A stretch of 64,000 nt of DNA from the NCBI GenBank assembly GCA_964035545.1, contig OZ037769.1:7979929-8043928 (forward strand), read 5' to 3'. Positions 24,901 through 36,900 of the stretch are shown piece by piece (within the stretch, counting starts at the first letter, position 1; each line of letters opens with the position of its first letter). Both the position numbers and the translations under genes were made by a program. The notes under the pieces are model-generated. The model made no database searches. It had not been told where the DNA came from and saw only the letters and a list, made by a program, of their open reading frames with translations. The DNA comes from Bugula neritina. Lineage: Eukaryota > Animalia > Bryozoa.

Positions 24901-27900
24901 AGTTTGTTGAACTGAAAGAACTACATCAAGTCTACAACTAGCAGTCTAACAATCAGACATGCAGCAGATCTCCTGTGTTGTATGAAAATGACATGAACTA
25001 GTGAATGGCTCTCAATTCAATCACACAGGATTTAACAGTCAATGGTAACTGCACTATAGTATTCCATGCCCACGGCAATAGAGTGAAATCCAACTATAAT
25101 GATTGAAAAATAGCATTTTCTACAACTGCCATTGTTAGAAACTTTTAATTTGTCATGCAGCAATTATTTGTAAATCAATAGGCTACATTACAGCCATAAT
25201 GTTTTAGGGTGAATACACTAATATTAGTTGCGTTGCATTTACATTGAGGAGTTGTGCACCCTACATAACAAAATCATAAAGTGTTGAACAATATTTAGAC
25301 ACCTAGAAGAACTCAATTCTTGTTTAATCACAACAGTGGGAGTAAATACATTCTAATAGTTGATAGATGAGCTCAATGCCACCATAGGAAGAGCTGGCTA
25401 CTTTACCTCTATCGTATTCTGAGCCTAAGAAGGTTAAACAATGACTTTAGACCAAAAAGAAAATAATTAAATGATATATAAAAAGCCATTTTTGTATCTT
25501 AATTGGTCATTGATTATAGAAACATTTAAATAAACACTGAATAAATAAAAAATGTACTAAAATTTCAACAAAAATATTATGAACAAATCCTTCTCGTCTA
25601 TATACCGAATATAATTGTTGAACTACAAAACTGAATGAATGTGAAAAGCTTTACAGGAGAAATTGTCTGCTATTTGTTTCATTGCAGTTACTTTGTATAA
25701 AAGTGTCTGTGCATCTAGACAGTGTTATTCAATGTATACATCACAGAATGCACGTGCTGCACTATACAGCATAGCCTGTCACATACAGTGTTCAGTTTTA
25801 CCTGTATGCTGAATACTATGTATATGTGTATATAGTCCCTAGACTAATCTCCTGCAAGAATTATACTTTCTACTATATCTTTATATATAGTATTGGCTGG
25901 ATAACTTTACTAAAATCTTCACAACAGTTTGGCTAAATTTTGCTAAAGATAAAACTTATGAGATCAATATCCTTGCTCTTGGACAAGTTTGCTAATGCAC
26001 ACACTAAACTAGGTTAATTTTATCCCAGAAAACAACTAATTGAAAATATAACAGCTTAAACTTTTATTCACCATAAAATGTATTATCGGCATATATAACA
26101 GAAGAAATTATTCTACGCACTAGTTACCTTAAACAAATATTTAAGCATTTAATTTTGGCCTAGTATATATTATTTTGATAATAGTTATGATTCTTAAAAT
26201 ATTTCCACCTTTTGCTTGCTGGTAAAAAGACAACTCCAGATTAAATAGATAGTGAACTACTTTCTTATAAGGAGATGCAATGCTTAATTGTCATTTGGCA
26301 TTTAGTGTATCTAAAAAATTATAGTTTCCGTTAGCATTACTTTAAACCGAAATAAAAGTTTTAATATTTGAGAGTGTTTGAAGATAAATGTGCGGGGAAC
26401 ATACCAGTTGTGTGAAGGTTGACAAAGGCCGCTGGGACATGACCAATCTTGGCTCCAGCTGATGGATTGGAAAGTGTCACAATAAAATTCTTTGATTTCT
26501 GCAAGAAATATTCTTATATTGTACACTAACCTTTTAAATAGCCCATTTAAAATGTTATTAGATAGATTGACTGAAAGCTTGAACCAAGCTCTTGTATAGA
26601 ATAAAGCATTTGCAAAGACAAAAGTTGAAAGAACTAATATACGTTATACTCATGCATTTTTAAATCAATATTAATACATGCATGCATTAATTGTTTTTCT
26701 TAGCAATGGAGAAAAAGTAAAAGAAAAAAAAGCAAGTTTCAATCCACCATCACAACCACTTCTGATCACACACTGATCTCCAACTATGTGCTATCTGTTT
26801 AGACTGAAAACTGCTCCACAGGTTACTTTATTTAAAAATATGAAAATACTAAAATAATTATCACGTGGCAAACTAACGTAAACTATAAGTATATCACAAG
26901 AAATAATATGCAGGATCTGAGCAGACAACTCCAGTCGCTCCAACTTGAGCTTAAGAATGTTGCAAGAGCTTGTTTGCACAATTACTCATTGATATACTCT
27001 GAATAGACTGACAGAGTATAAAATAGTACAAGAATATTGCTACTATAAGAACAGCCGGAGTTGGGCTTTGAACAAATGAGTGAAATAATAATGGTGGGAA
27101 TTCTGTGAGAGAGGTAGACTGATGTGACTAGTAAAGTGGAATATAAACTGTTGGCATATTTTTGTTTTAGTGTTTTTTCAGCCAATTTACGTCATTGCAG
27201 TACTGCAAATATCATTATACTGTATTATTACACAATTCACATTGTTATACTATTTGTATTATTCACAATATTGTGGCAATGTTAAGATAAGATATACTAT
27301 AACTTATAACGCTAGTGGACTACTAGATGGTAATGTAGGCCACCTGACATAGCAATAAGCAGATATAAATAACTACACCAACAGTTTATCAACTTAGCCT
27401 GTCATAAACAATCATATCAATCATTCAGTTTTCACAGTCACGTGTTCTCACCACTTGATAAGGGAGGTCACAATGCTAGTTTGTTTACTCTAACAGCATG
27501 CCTCTATGGTGACTATTACTATAGCAACTCTAGTGCAGCAGTAGTAATAGTAATAGTAGTAGTCACCTATAAACGTGTGTAAACACAATTCTAACATTGC
27601 TATAGCAACAAGAGTAAATAATAGCTTTCATATACACACCTTGGGGTCAGCGCACTCTATGCTGATTGTTTTACTAGATTCAGAATGCTTAAACTCAAGG
27701 TCAGCTGTAACGCTGACATAGTCAGCTGATTCTACAGTGTCTCCACCTTTAGCGCTGCCGTCTCTACAAATATATTACATAACGTACTATTTATATAACA
27801 CATAGATAAATATGTTACTTGGTATACAGTTGCAAATGCCAAATAAAATAGCATATTGTAAAAGTATACATTAACAGAATAAACTCCAAAACACAGGTTT

Positions 27901-30900
27901 GGGTGTATTACCATAATAGAGATGTTATAATGTTGTATAACATGCCAAAGATACAAGTTTAGTGAACACACGGTATTTACACAGACCTGCAGACTATTAT
28001 AGTATCAGTATATACAATCAAACCCCAAACCCCTCGAGTCAGCAGCTATAATATAAATATGGATGTAATCAATATTAATGTGAAGATGCCCCTAATGCTT
28101 CAGTAAGGTGCATCTTAATAGATAAGACAGGAGGAGGTGGTAGGCCAGCTTCCTCTAACAGCACAAGTAGAGGAAAGGCATTGGCCAAGGTGGTATCTAA
28201 CAAAAGGTCATTCTAGCTGTGCTGCTGTTTACAGAATAAACAAATAATCTGAAGCATCTTTACTAACTACTGCTGGCTGTCAGCATCTTTAGTCAGGGTT
28301 TAACAAATACCCCCCTCAATTCTACTTAGATCCCAAGTAGAATTGGGGGGGGGGGTGATGGCGCATGGAGCAAATGACACTTAAAAATATCGTCAATAGT
28401 CTACACAGCATTTCTAGACAAAACAAAAATCATCAAGAAAATGATTTCCTATGTACATATCCTATAATGCACTGTGTTACATAATGTGCTGTCTGCAGGG
28501 ACATTACTTAATGTCATTGGCTGCTATTCAAATCCAGGCCAGCAATTAATCCACAGCAGTTGCTTGCTAGAAGTACACTTTGGTTAACTTCCATTACAGC
28601 TCAACAAGAAGTTTAACCATCAAGCAACACTTAGAATACAAGCAGCAGTTTAAATAGTGATGAGCAATAGATGGTGGACAACTTTCAGTATAGAGATATT
28701 CGGTAAAGCAAGCTAATGGCACATTATGTAACAAAAAATGATACTCCTTAGCCTGAGAGCTTCTATTGACATACATGGTTTTGTATTGGAGGCTGACAGT
28801 ACCATCACAACCTTTAGATCTCTGCACAGTTAGCACACATCTACCTTCTTCAGCATAGTATTGGTGTTTAGAAAATGAGAAAACTCCAGGTTCTACAAAT
28901 ATAAAAACCTAATAAAGTGAGGTTTGATAACACTGGTAAAATGCTAGTAAGAAAATACAGAAATTGTTATAAAGCACATATTATATACCTGCTTCTTATA
29001 CAATTGAGGTAAATTTCTCTCTAATCGGATATTTTATTTATAATAGCTGTTTGTTAATAATGCTGATAGGCCATTGACCATGTTATTGTACATTGAGACA
29101 TAATGTATTCAGCAGCAGCAGCACCAGCAGCGGCAGCAGCGCATTTGCTCCTTTACTTACTGCAGCTTCAAGTTATTTTTAATTTTGGTTGTAGCCTATC
29201 CAATCCTATGCATTCATCTTTTTACTAATGTTAATTTTCAACACAACAAAATATAATCCTATACACACTATTTCAGTTATAACTTATATAGCTTCATGAG
29301 TTTTGGTTATATCATAATCCTTGGCTCTTATTGAATCCAGTGATGTGCATGGGCATGAATTAGTAACTTAGTTGGTTATTTACATTAGTGTATGTGTGGG
29401 TATGGCAGCTTTATAGCCTAGATCCAGATCTACATAATATTTATCTGTAATAAATTAATAATTGTACCTCAGATGTACCCCTGCATTCTAGGATTGCATT
29501 GAGTGTAGGCAGAATTACAACCTCATATTTGATGCTGATAGTACTGCATAGTATGCAAGGCACATCAGGCTAATTAATAAACCATTTATAAGAAAACTTG
29601 GATAGTCTTTAGATAGTATTGATGATGTACCTACGCTACATTACATGTACATATTTTTGTTCACAGAGAATAATTGTCCAAGTAACATGCTGCTAGTGAT
29701 TGAACAGCTTGTGAATATAATTGCATGAATCTCCACCAAAACCTCCCTCATCCCCATTTACTTGCAGTAGCAGAGGAATGTTAATAACCTAAGTTCTTTG
29801 ATTTTCCTACTAAATTTTGGTTTGGGGAAAGGGTTGAAAGTCCCATGAGAACACAACTTCGTCTGCTACACTTTAATCTAATTAACACAGGCTTTTCTCA
29901 ATTTCTCTATTACTGCGCCTACCAGCTACCTCCTCATCGCACTGCTGACCTAAAATTTACCACCAGCCAACTGTCACTAACAAAGAGGGTGGCCCTGAAA
30001 TATTCCAATCATTTCCTTTTCTCAATTAACAGCCCAAAATTGTATGCAGCAAGTAACAAATGTTTACAGTTTGAGCAGAATTTGCTATAAGCTATGCTTT
30101 ACATGCATGTAGCTAATTATAACACCACTTATGAAGGACTACTTTGCAGTGTGTCTACAGTGTGAGGTGGCATGTTAAGCGTTGCAAACTAAGGGTATGT
30201 ATTATCATTGAGTGCGAGCATTTGCAAGCTTTAATATTGTAACATTTAAGTGCAATAACTTGCATATTAAACTGGAACACTAAACAAAAGCTGACGTACA
30301 TAGAGTGGCCATAAAGCTAGGCAAAGGTTTCGTGTCTGGAAAAGGATATATTGAAGCAGCAAATAGTTGTGAAGATTGTAATACTGCAGAAGTATGAACA
30401 GCGGATTAGGGGACTAGTCTTAATAATTTATGTGATGTACAGGGTATTAGGCTTAGTAATATATCTGCAGCTGCCCATGATTTATGCAGTGGTAATCTTG
30501 GCGCACTACATACATACAATTACTTGATTATATTCCATTACCATACATAGCTCAACTCTACATCTGCTACATCTACACACTGTATCTACACACTGTATCT
30601 ACACACTGTATCTACACACTGTATCTACACACTGTACCTACAGAGTGTAGCTACACACTGCATCTAATGTTAGTTAACCTTGTTATATCATATAGAAAAG
30701 TGGCAAGGACTAGAATCTCCAATTACAAAACCTATACAACATTTTCATAGTCAGTGGATACAATTTTTATAAGTTGCCAAGTTATATCAAATCTAGAGAA
30801 TAATAGAGTAATAGAAGAATATAATAGAACATTAAAACATAAACCTACAAAACCAACTTGCCTAACTGAAAGTTATACATTGTAACAATACACCATTCAA

Positions 30901-33900
30901 GCTGTTATTACTGATTATTGGTCTAGTTTTACATAGCCGAACCAATGTTTACTTTGACAGCATACACAAATGCAGCCAACTATATACCAGCTGCCTGTGT
31001 TGCCTTGGTTGCTATGTGATTAAAATTGTTAATTTGTATGCTCTATTGATTTGAGAGTATCAATAAAATGCATTTAAAATAATGTCAATACCCAGCTGAA
31101 AATCTTACATAGGAGAAGAGATTTGATCATTTACACTTTGATAACCAAATGAGTTTCAGTTAAACTCAAAGCAATTAATAAATTTACTTTGAAAAGATAA
31201 ATATTGCTGAAATCTTATTAATTATATATGAGCTTCTGAATATAACTTGTTTTACCCACTGAACAGTGAAAGAGGAAGACTTTATACCACAGTCACATTA
31301 ACTATCAGGAAAAGAGCCAAATATACACTGTTGACTGTAGAGTGCCAATAACTGCTGAAAGTGCTTAGAGACAGAACAGCTTGTTTTCAGCATATGACCT
31401 TACAATCCCAGCTTAATATGCTGAGCAGAAACGGTTGGCACACCACCATTAGTAAACCAGGCCTGAGCACGTCGTAATATTAGAAACTTCATGACTAATT
31501 AATCATCACTATGTTTAAAGGGGCTACTTTATAATAATTGTATCCACTACAACATTATATAGACTATAGAGATATGTCACTGCTATAAATAGCCCAACAG
31601 TGATGCATGCTAGTAGTAGCAGAGGCTTGTAGCTGTAAGATTACATATCTTTCAACCTCTTAGCTCAGTAGCTTAGGGAAATTACCAGTAAATAGCAAAG
31701 TTTATCGTAAGAAAATAATTGGACCAATTTCTACAAGGGAACCCCAAAAATAAATGCGCTTGCTTGAAATAATTTTTTTTTAACTCCTCGAGCAAAGTCC
31801 CACAGCCTGAACAAACGTAACCTTTAGTAATGCTGAAAAAACCAACCTATCGCATCAATTCTATAGTGGAAAAATTGCTAATTGATAAAGTTGTTATTAT
31901 CTGTAGCATTGAAACTAGAATGGCCAGGACAAAGCTAGCTTAGTGAAGTAGATACAAATTATATGTAAACCAAAACATTAAGTAATTCTTGCAGATTAAA
32001 TGCTATAATAATGGAAGATATCAGTTTATAACTTGGTAACTTTTATTAAAATGCTGTTTTGCATTGTTTCCAAAGCATAGGTTGTAGCTTGTTGCCACGG
32101 TGACAAGGTGAACGAACACAAAGGACATTAACTTTAGAATATTAGTTTTAAAAGCTCTTTTCCCTAAAAAGCTGATGAGTGTTTGTTTGAATAGCTACAT
32201 CTTAGCAGAAATGACTCAGCTTAGAGACTTCCTTTAGAGTTTAGACAATGCATTTAATAGCTATGTATGCTGTAATATATAAGACTGCCGTATATACAGA
32301 TGTGCCTACCATCATCATCAATAATAGTAACTCTGGTTACGCTAGGGTCACCGAGTCCAGCATCACCCTCTGGGTTCTTGAGTATGATGTAGAAGTCAGT
32401 GTCAGGCTCAAACTCAAAGTCGTTGACGATAGGCACAGATATTGTTTTGACGTACTCTTCACTTTGAAACACCTGCAACAAAAAGCCAACTAAACTACAT
32501 CAGAACCTGAAAAATATTTATAATATTTTAAAGAATTTAACAGCCAAACTAATGCAAATTTAAAAATTTGAGACTTAAGCATAGACAAAGATAGAGCAGC
32601 AAGTAAATGAAGGCTAAAACTCCAGCTGCAAAGTGTTAAGGTCAGAAAATATTCGAACATATTACAAAACAATTTTAGGGTTTATTTTATTTGACTTATA
32701 ACTCAAAGTGAGCATGTAATCCAATGAAGTACTAACAAGCTATTAGCTTGAAAAGGTAAGAAGACCAAACTGAAAGCTAGTTTATTATAATTCAATTTCA
32801 GAAGTCTGGAGGTTTTTGAACTCTCTTTGCATCAGTTGAGGTAGACAGGGAAGATGTAGATGGAAGTAAACAGCAATAGAACAGGTCAGCTAATTATTAC
32901 CATCTGGTTGTTTTACATCTGGTGACACTCGAACTGAACATAACAGCACTACAGACATGCACTAAATATGGAGATCTTTACAAGTTTACAAGTGTTACAG
33001 CCTCTATCTGCCTGGTGTAGAAGTGTTGGGTAAATATAATTAGATGGCCTTTCATGCCATGATTACATGCAGGTTAATAATATGTTAATAGTGTATACAG
33101 CACATTTATTTGGTTGATGGGTGCATCTAAAACAGTAATGACTAAGTAATCACCATCTTTTTATCTACTCACAATCCTGTTTGATGTAGCCTTTAACATC
33201 AAGTAACAGAAGCAGAAGGATGAGTTTTTAAATATGAGATAAAACAAACCAGTTTATAGGCTTAAAGGTGTTGAGAAAGTGGGAGTTGAAACATGATTAC
33301 TGTAATGAGTCTCTTAAGACTAATAAATTCTAGGTTATGAATAATGCATGTACTTAAAAGCAACTAGGCTTCACCCAGTGCATTTATCTTGTACTTTCAC
33401 TCCCATTGGAACTTCAAATCAGTTTTTAAGAAACTTATTTTTACTGGGGGGTAAAATCAAGGTATAAAACATATCAGAGTTAAGACATACATTTTCTTAA
33501 TTGAAGCATAATACACTTAAACAAAAAATTACAAAAAATACACAAGTTTTCCAATATGGCTTTAGAAAGCTTACAGCTGTTACTGTACCACACAGGACTA
33601 CTGAGTATAGTCTATACTGTTTCTACTACACTCCAAGAACTATTTGGTTCAAAAACTCACCAATCTACCGGAAGAAAACTTAAAATCTCTATTTAGCTTA
33701 GCTGAGCCTTCCCTGGTCTCCCACTGAACGGCCACCACTCCTGTTATTTTAGAGTCATCAGTGAGTGATGTCTCCGTGGTGCCATTTGATACTGGAGTGC
33801 CATTCTAATTAAAAGAACACACCAAAAGATCTCAATAACAACATTATGACATATGACATAACAAAAACCCCTTCGATCTGGGATGGTGACCATAAACTCC

Positions 33901-36900
33901 TAAGGGGTTTCACAGTCTCTCCACCATAGCCATTTCTGTGTAGTTGATTTTATACTAACAATATCTAGTTAATATTGGCTTGCAGTAGAATAGGAATTAG
34001 AGGGATGACTAATAAATAACCCCATGAAAATAGTAAATGTAGAGTTGGATAGATTTCTAGCTTGGTCAAAAAGATCAAAACATTTCTTGAACATGGTAAC
34101 ACCTACCGGAATCTTCATTTTAGAATGAGACGGCTTTTTCCTATGAAAATAGATATCAATCTCAAGATGTCCGGCGCTCTCCAGCACAGAGTAGCTCGGT
34201 GCACCAAAAGTGAACTTTCCAGAAAGATCTTCTGTAATACAAATAGCATTATGTCAGCAACGCACCGGTGAAAATTCCCCTACTTAGTTTTGGGCAACAT
34301 GAAGAAACTTGACTATATGTTATTAGCTCACGCACTGCAGATATTAAAGGTTATAGACTGTAGGTACCAGGTAAGTCAAGTCTGGCACACGAACAACCAA
34401 CATATTATAAGGAATGTGGTGGGTTCTTGTGCTTTAATATGGCAGTTGATGGACAAGTGACCATAAAAGTGCAAAGCATGGCTCTATCCAATGCAACATA
34501 ACACAGAAAGCTGCATGCAAATACTTGGGACAGACCCATTATTTACTGTGAGATATAATGGCATCTACTATTATGGTACAAAACACTGACTAAGGTGGAG
34601 AATACAAATATTACTTGGCAGAATAATAAAAAAGCATTTAGAGCATTTAAGCAAACAATTGGCATAAAAATGAAGTTATTATAACACTTATAAATAGCAG
34701 AAAAGAAATATATGGCCTAGATTATTAGGTATATAACCTGCCAATCATAATAACATTATGCTACATAAATCTTACCATAAAATGAAGAGGAATGAGAAAC
34801 ACCATCTAAAGTAGTCGCCATATTAAACTTTAAATGGAGTGAAATTATAGGCCATGATTTATCAACTTAGTAACAAATTAAAATAACTGGCCGCAAAAAC
34901 AAAACACTTAAAGATTACAGTAAAATGCAATGTTGGTGAAATTACACTGAACAACATAGTTAGAAAGGACCAGAGAGGACAAACACCAAAGTTATGTATG
35001 CAAATGCAGATTCACCGATGCACCAACGAGATAACAATACCTTCCAGATTAATCACAACTATGCGATTGCCCAGAGAATCTGTAATGTTATTCAATAAGC
35101 ACTTCACCATTCACTCAGTATTACGCACAAAATGATTGGTAAACCATACACCATGTCAAAATATAGCACAAAACTAAAGGGCTAAATAAAAAAAGCATGA
35201 ACCAATATAAAGCAACACTATAATCAGCCAGTCTGCTGTGTACTAAAATTGCGATTTTAAACAGAATAGAGTAATAAAGAAAAGGTACCTTCATTTACAG
35301 GATTTCCATGAGTAGCAAGACGGGTCTGATCAACGAGGGATTGAAGCCGAGATTCTTTTGCAGGAGTTTTTGGTCTACCATTCTTGCTATCTGCCATTGT
35401 GCGAACAGCTGCATTTCGAAATCTAGAAGAAAAATGAAATAAACTCCTTATGTAATGCAGTCTGATATCTTAACACGATGGGGGAGAAAATGAGCTTCAG
35501 ATTGAAGTTTCAAACCACCTGCAACTTGATAATAAACAGTGTGAAAATTGGGACAAGAGTTTGGCTGTAGGAAAATGTCCTCCTCCAAATTTGTCTGTTG
35601 GGAAACGCAGAAATGTTGAAATCAGATCAACTAAAATCATGAACATCTAAAAGCTTGCACTGATTAAACTGTGCAATGCAACTACCGTAAAGATACACAG
35701 TAGCACGCCTTCCGCTGAATCAAACCAAATCTCAAACGCTAGACTCTACCAAAAGAAAAGTTCTCACACAACTAATGTCTAATGTTAGTCCTTAAACAGA
35801 CTGCAATAAAGTCACACCACTATCTAGGTAACTGTAATAATAAACCACAACATAGGATCCTGTAAAAACCTTTAATTCAAAGTATAATAATCCAATTATA
35901 CTTTTCTTCAACCAAAAATTGGGTTACATTAAGATTTTATTTAATAACAACCCAATGTTCATCATTAGGTTACGGTGGAAAAAGAGAAAAAAAGCTGCCA
36001 ATAATCCTGCTATTACTAATGGAACCAGCACTTCCCATCAAATTTTTTTAATGAATAAGTTTTTTTTTACAAGAGAATTATGAGGTGCTTTTAAACCCAA
36101 AGTGAAACTGCAAGAGCGAGTAATTTTGTTAGAGATTTTAATTTTGGAAGCAGTGAGTTTCAAGTCACAAATCACAGCTGTACCTGGCCAAAGCCAACGA
36201 GTTGTTTGTAGCAGCTATTCTTGGCAGCTTAGGCAAAGGTTTGACGTGGGGGATAAAAATATCTTCCACCACAACATCACCATCTGCCTTGGGACTGCAA
36301 CAGAAGTGCTCAGTGAATGTAAAAAGAGTTTAAATGTAATCGGGGAAACTAAAGCAGCCCTCCAGAACCTACTAGATAGGTAACATGTATTCCTGAAACA
36401 TAAGGCTTGTCAACACCAGCTTATATACTTTTAAACCTTGTTTGAAATTAAGCAATTAAGGCTCATCAAAACATGGAGAGGTGCAAGAAAAGGTAACCAA
36501 TAGACTAAAAACTGCTCTCTTGAAATTTGTTTGCATTATATAAGCACATACCAAGGTACATTTTGGCATTGGTAACTAATATAAATCTATTATTCAGCTT
36601 ATTGTTATACGCTGCTCTGTGTCAAAAAAATCAGTGAGTGGGCTCAGCAGAGTGTAAATTGCTTGACAATGGGCTGCTTGTCAGGCAATCAAAATCGGCA
36701 GCAATTTTCGTATAACCTGTATTCATAAAAAAGTTGAATAAGACCTTAAGTCAATAGTGTATATTGAAGAGTGTGAATAGTAACTAAGCTGTGATAAACA
36801 ATAGCCTTCAACAGCTATACACACCAATTAGTGATAAGTGAAAGTATGTAAAGACCTAAATTTAAGCAGGACGTAACTATGTGTGCTAGGGTACAATCTA

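Noticed and set aside
27453-27476. 24-nt in-frame NCX cassette exon (HCDLPYQV)
   Set aside because: The acceptor has no pyrimidine tract. It shows that frame-preserving AG..GT pairs arise by chance, which is why the weaker microexon candidates are scored low.
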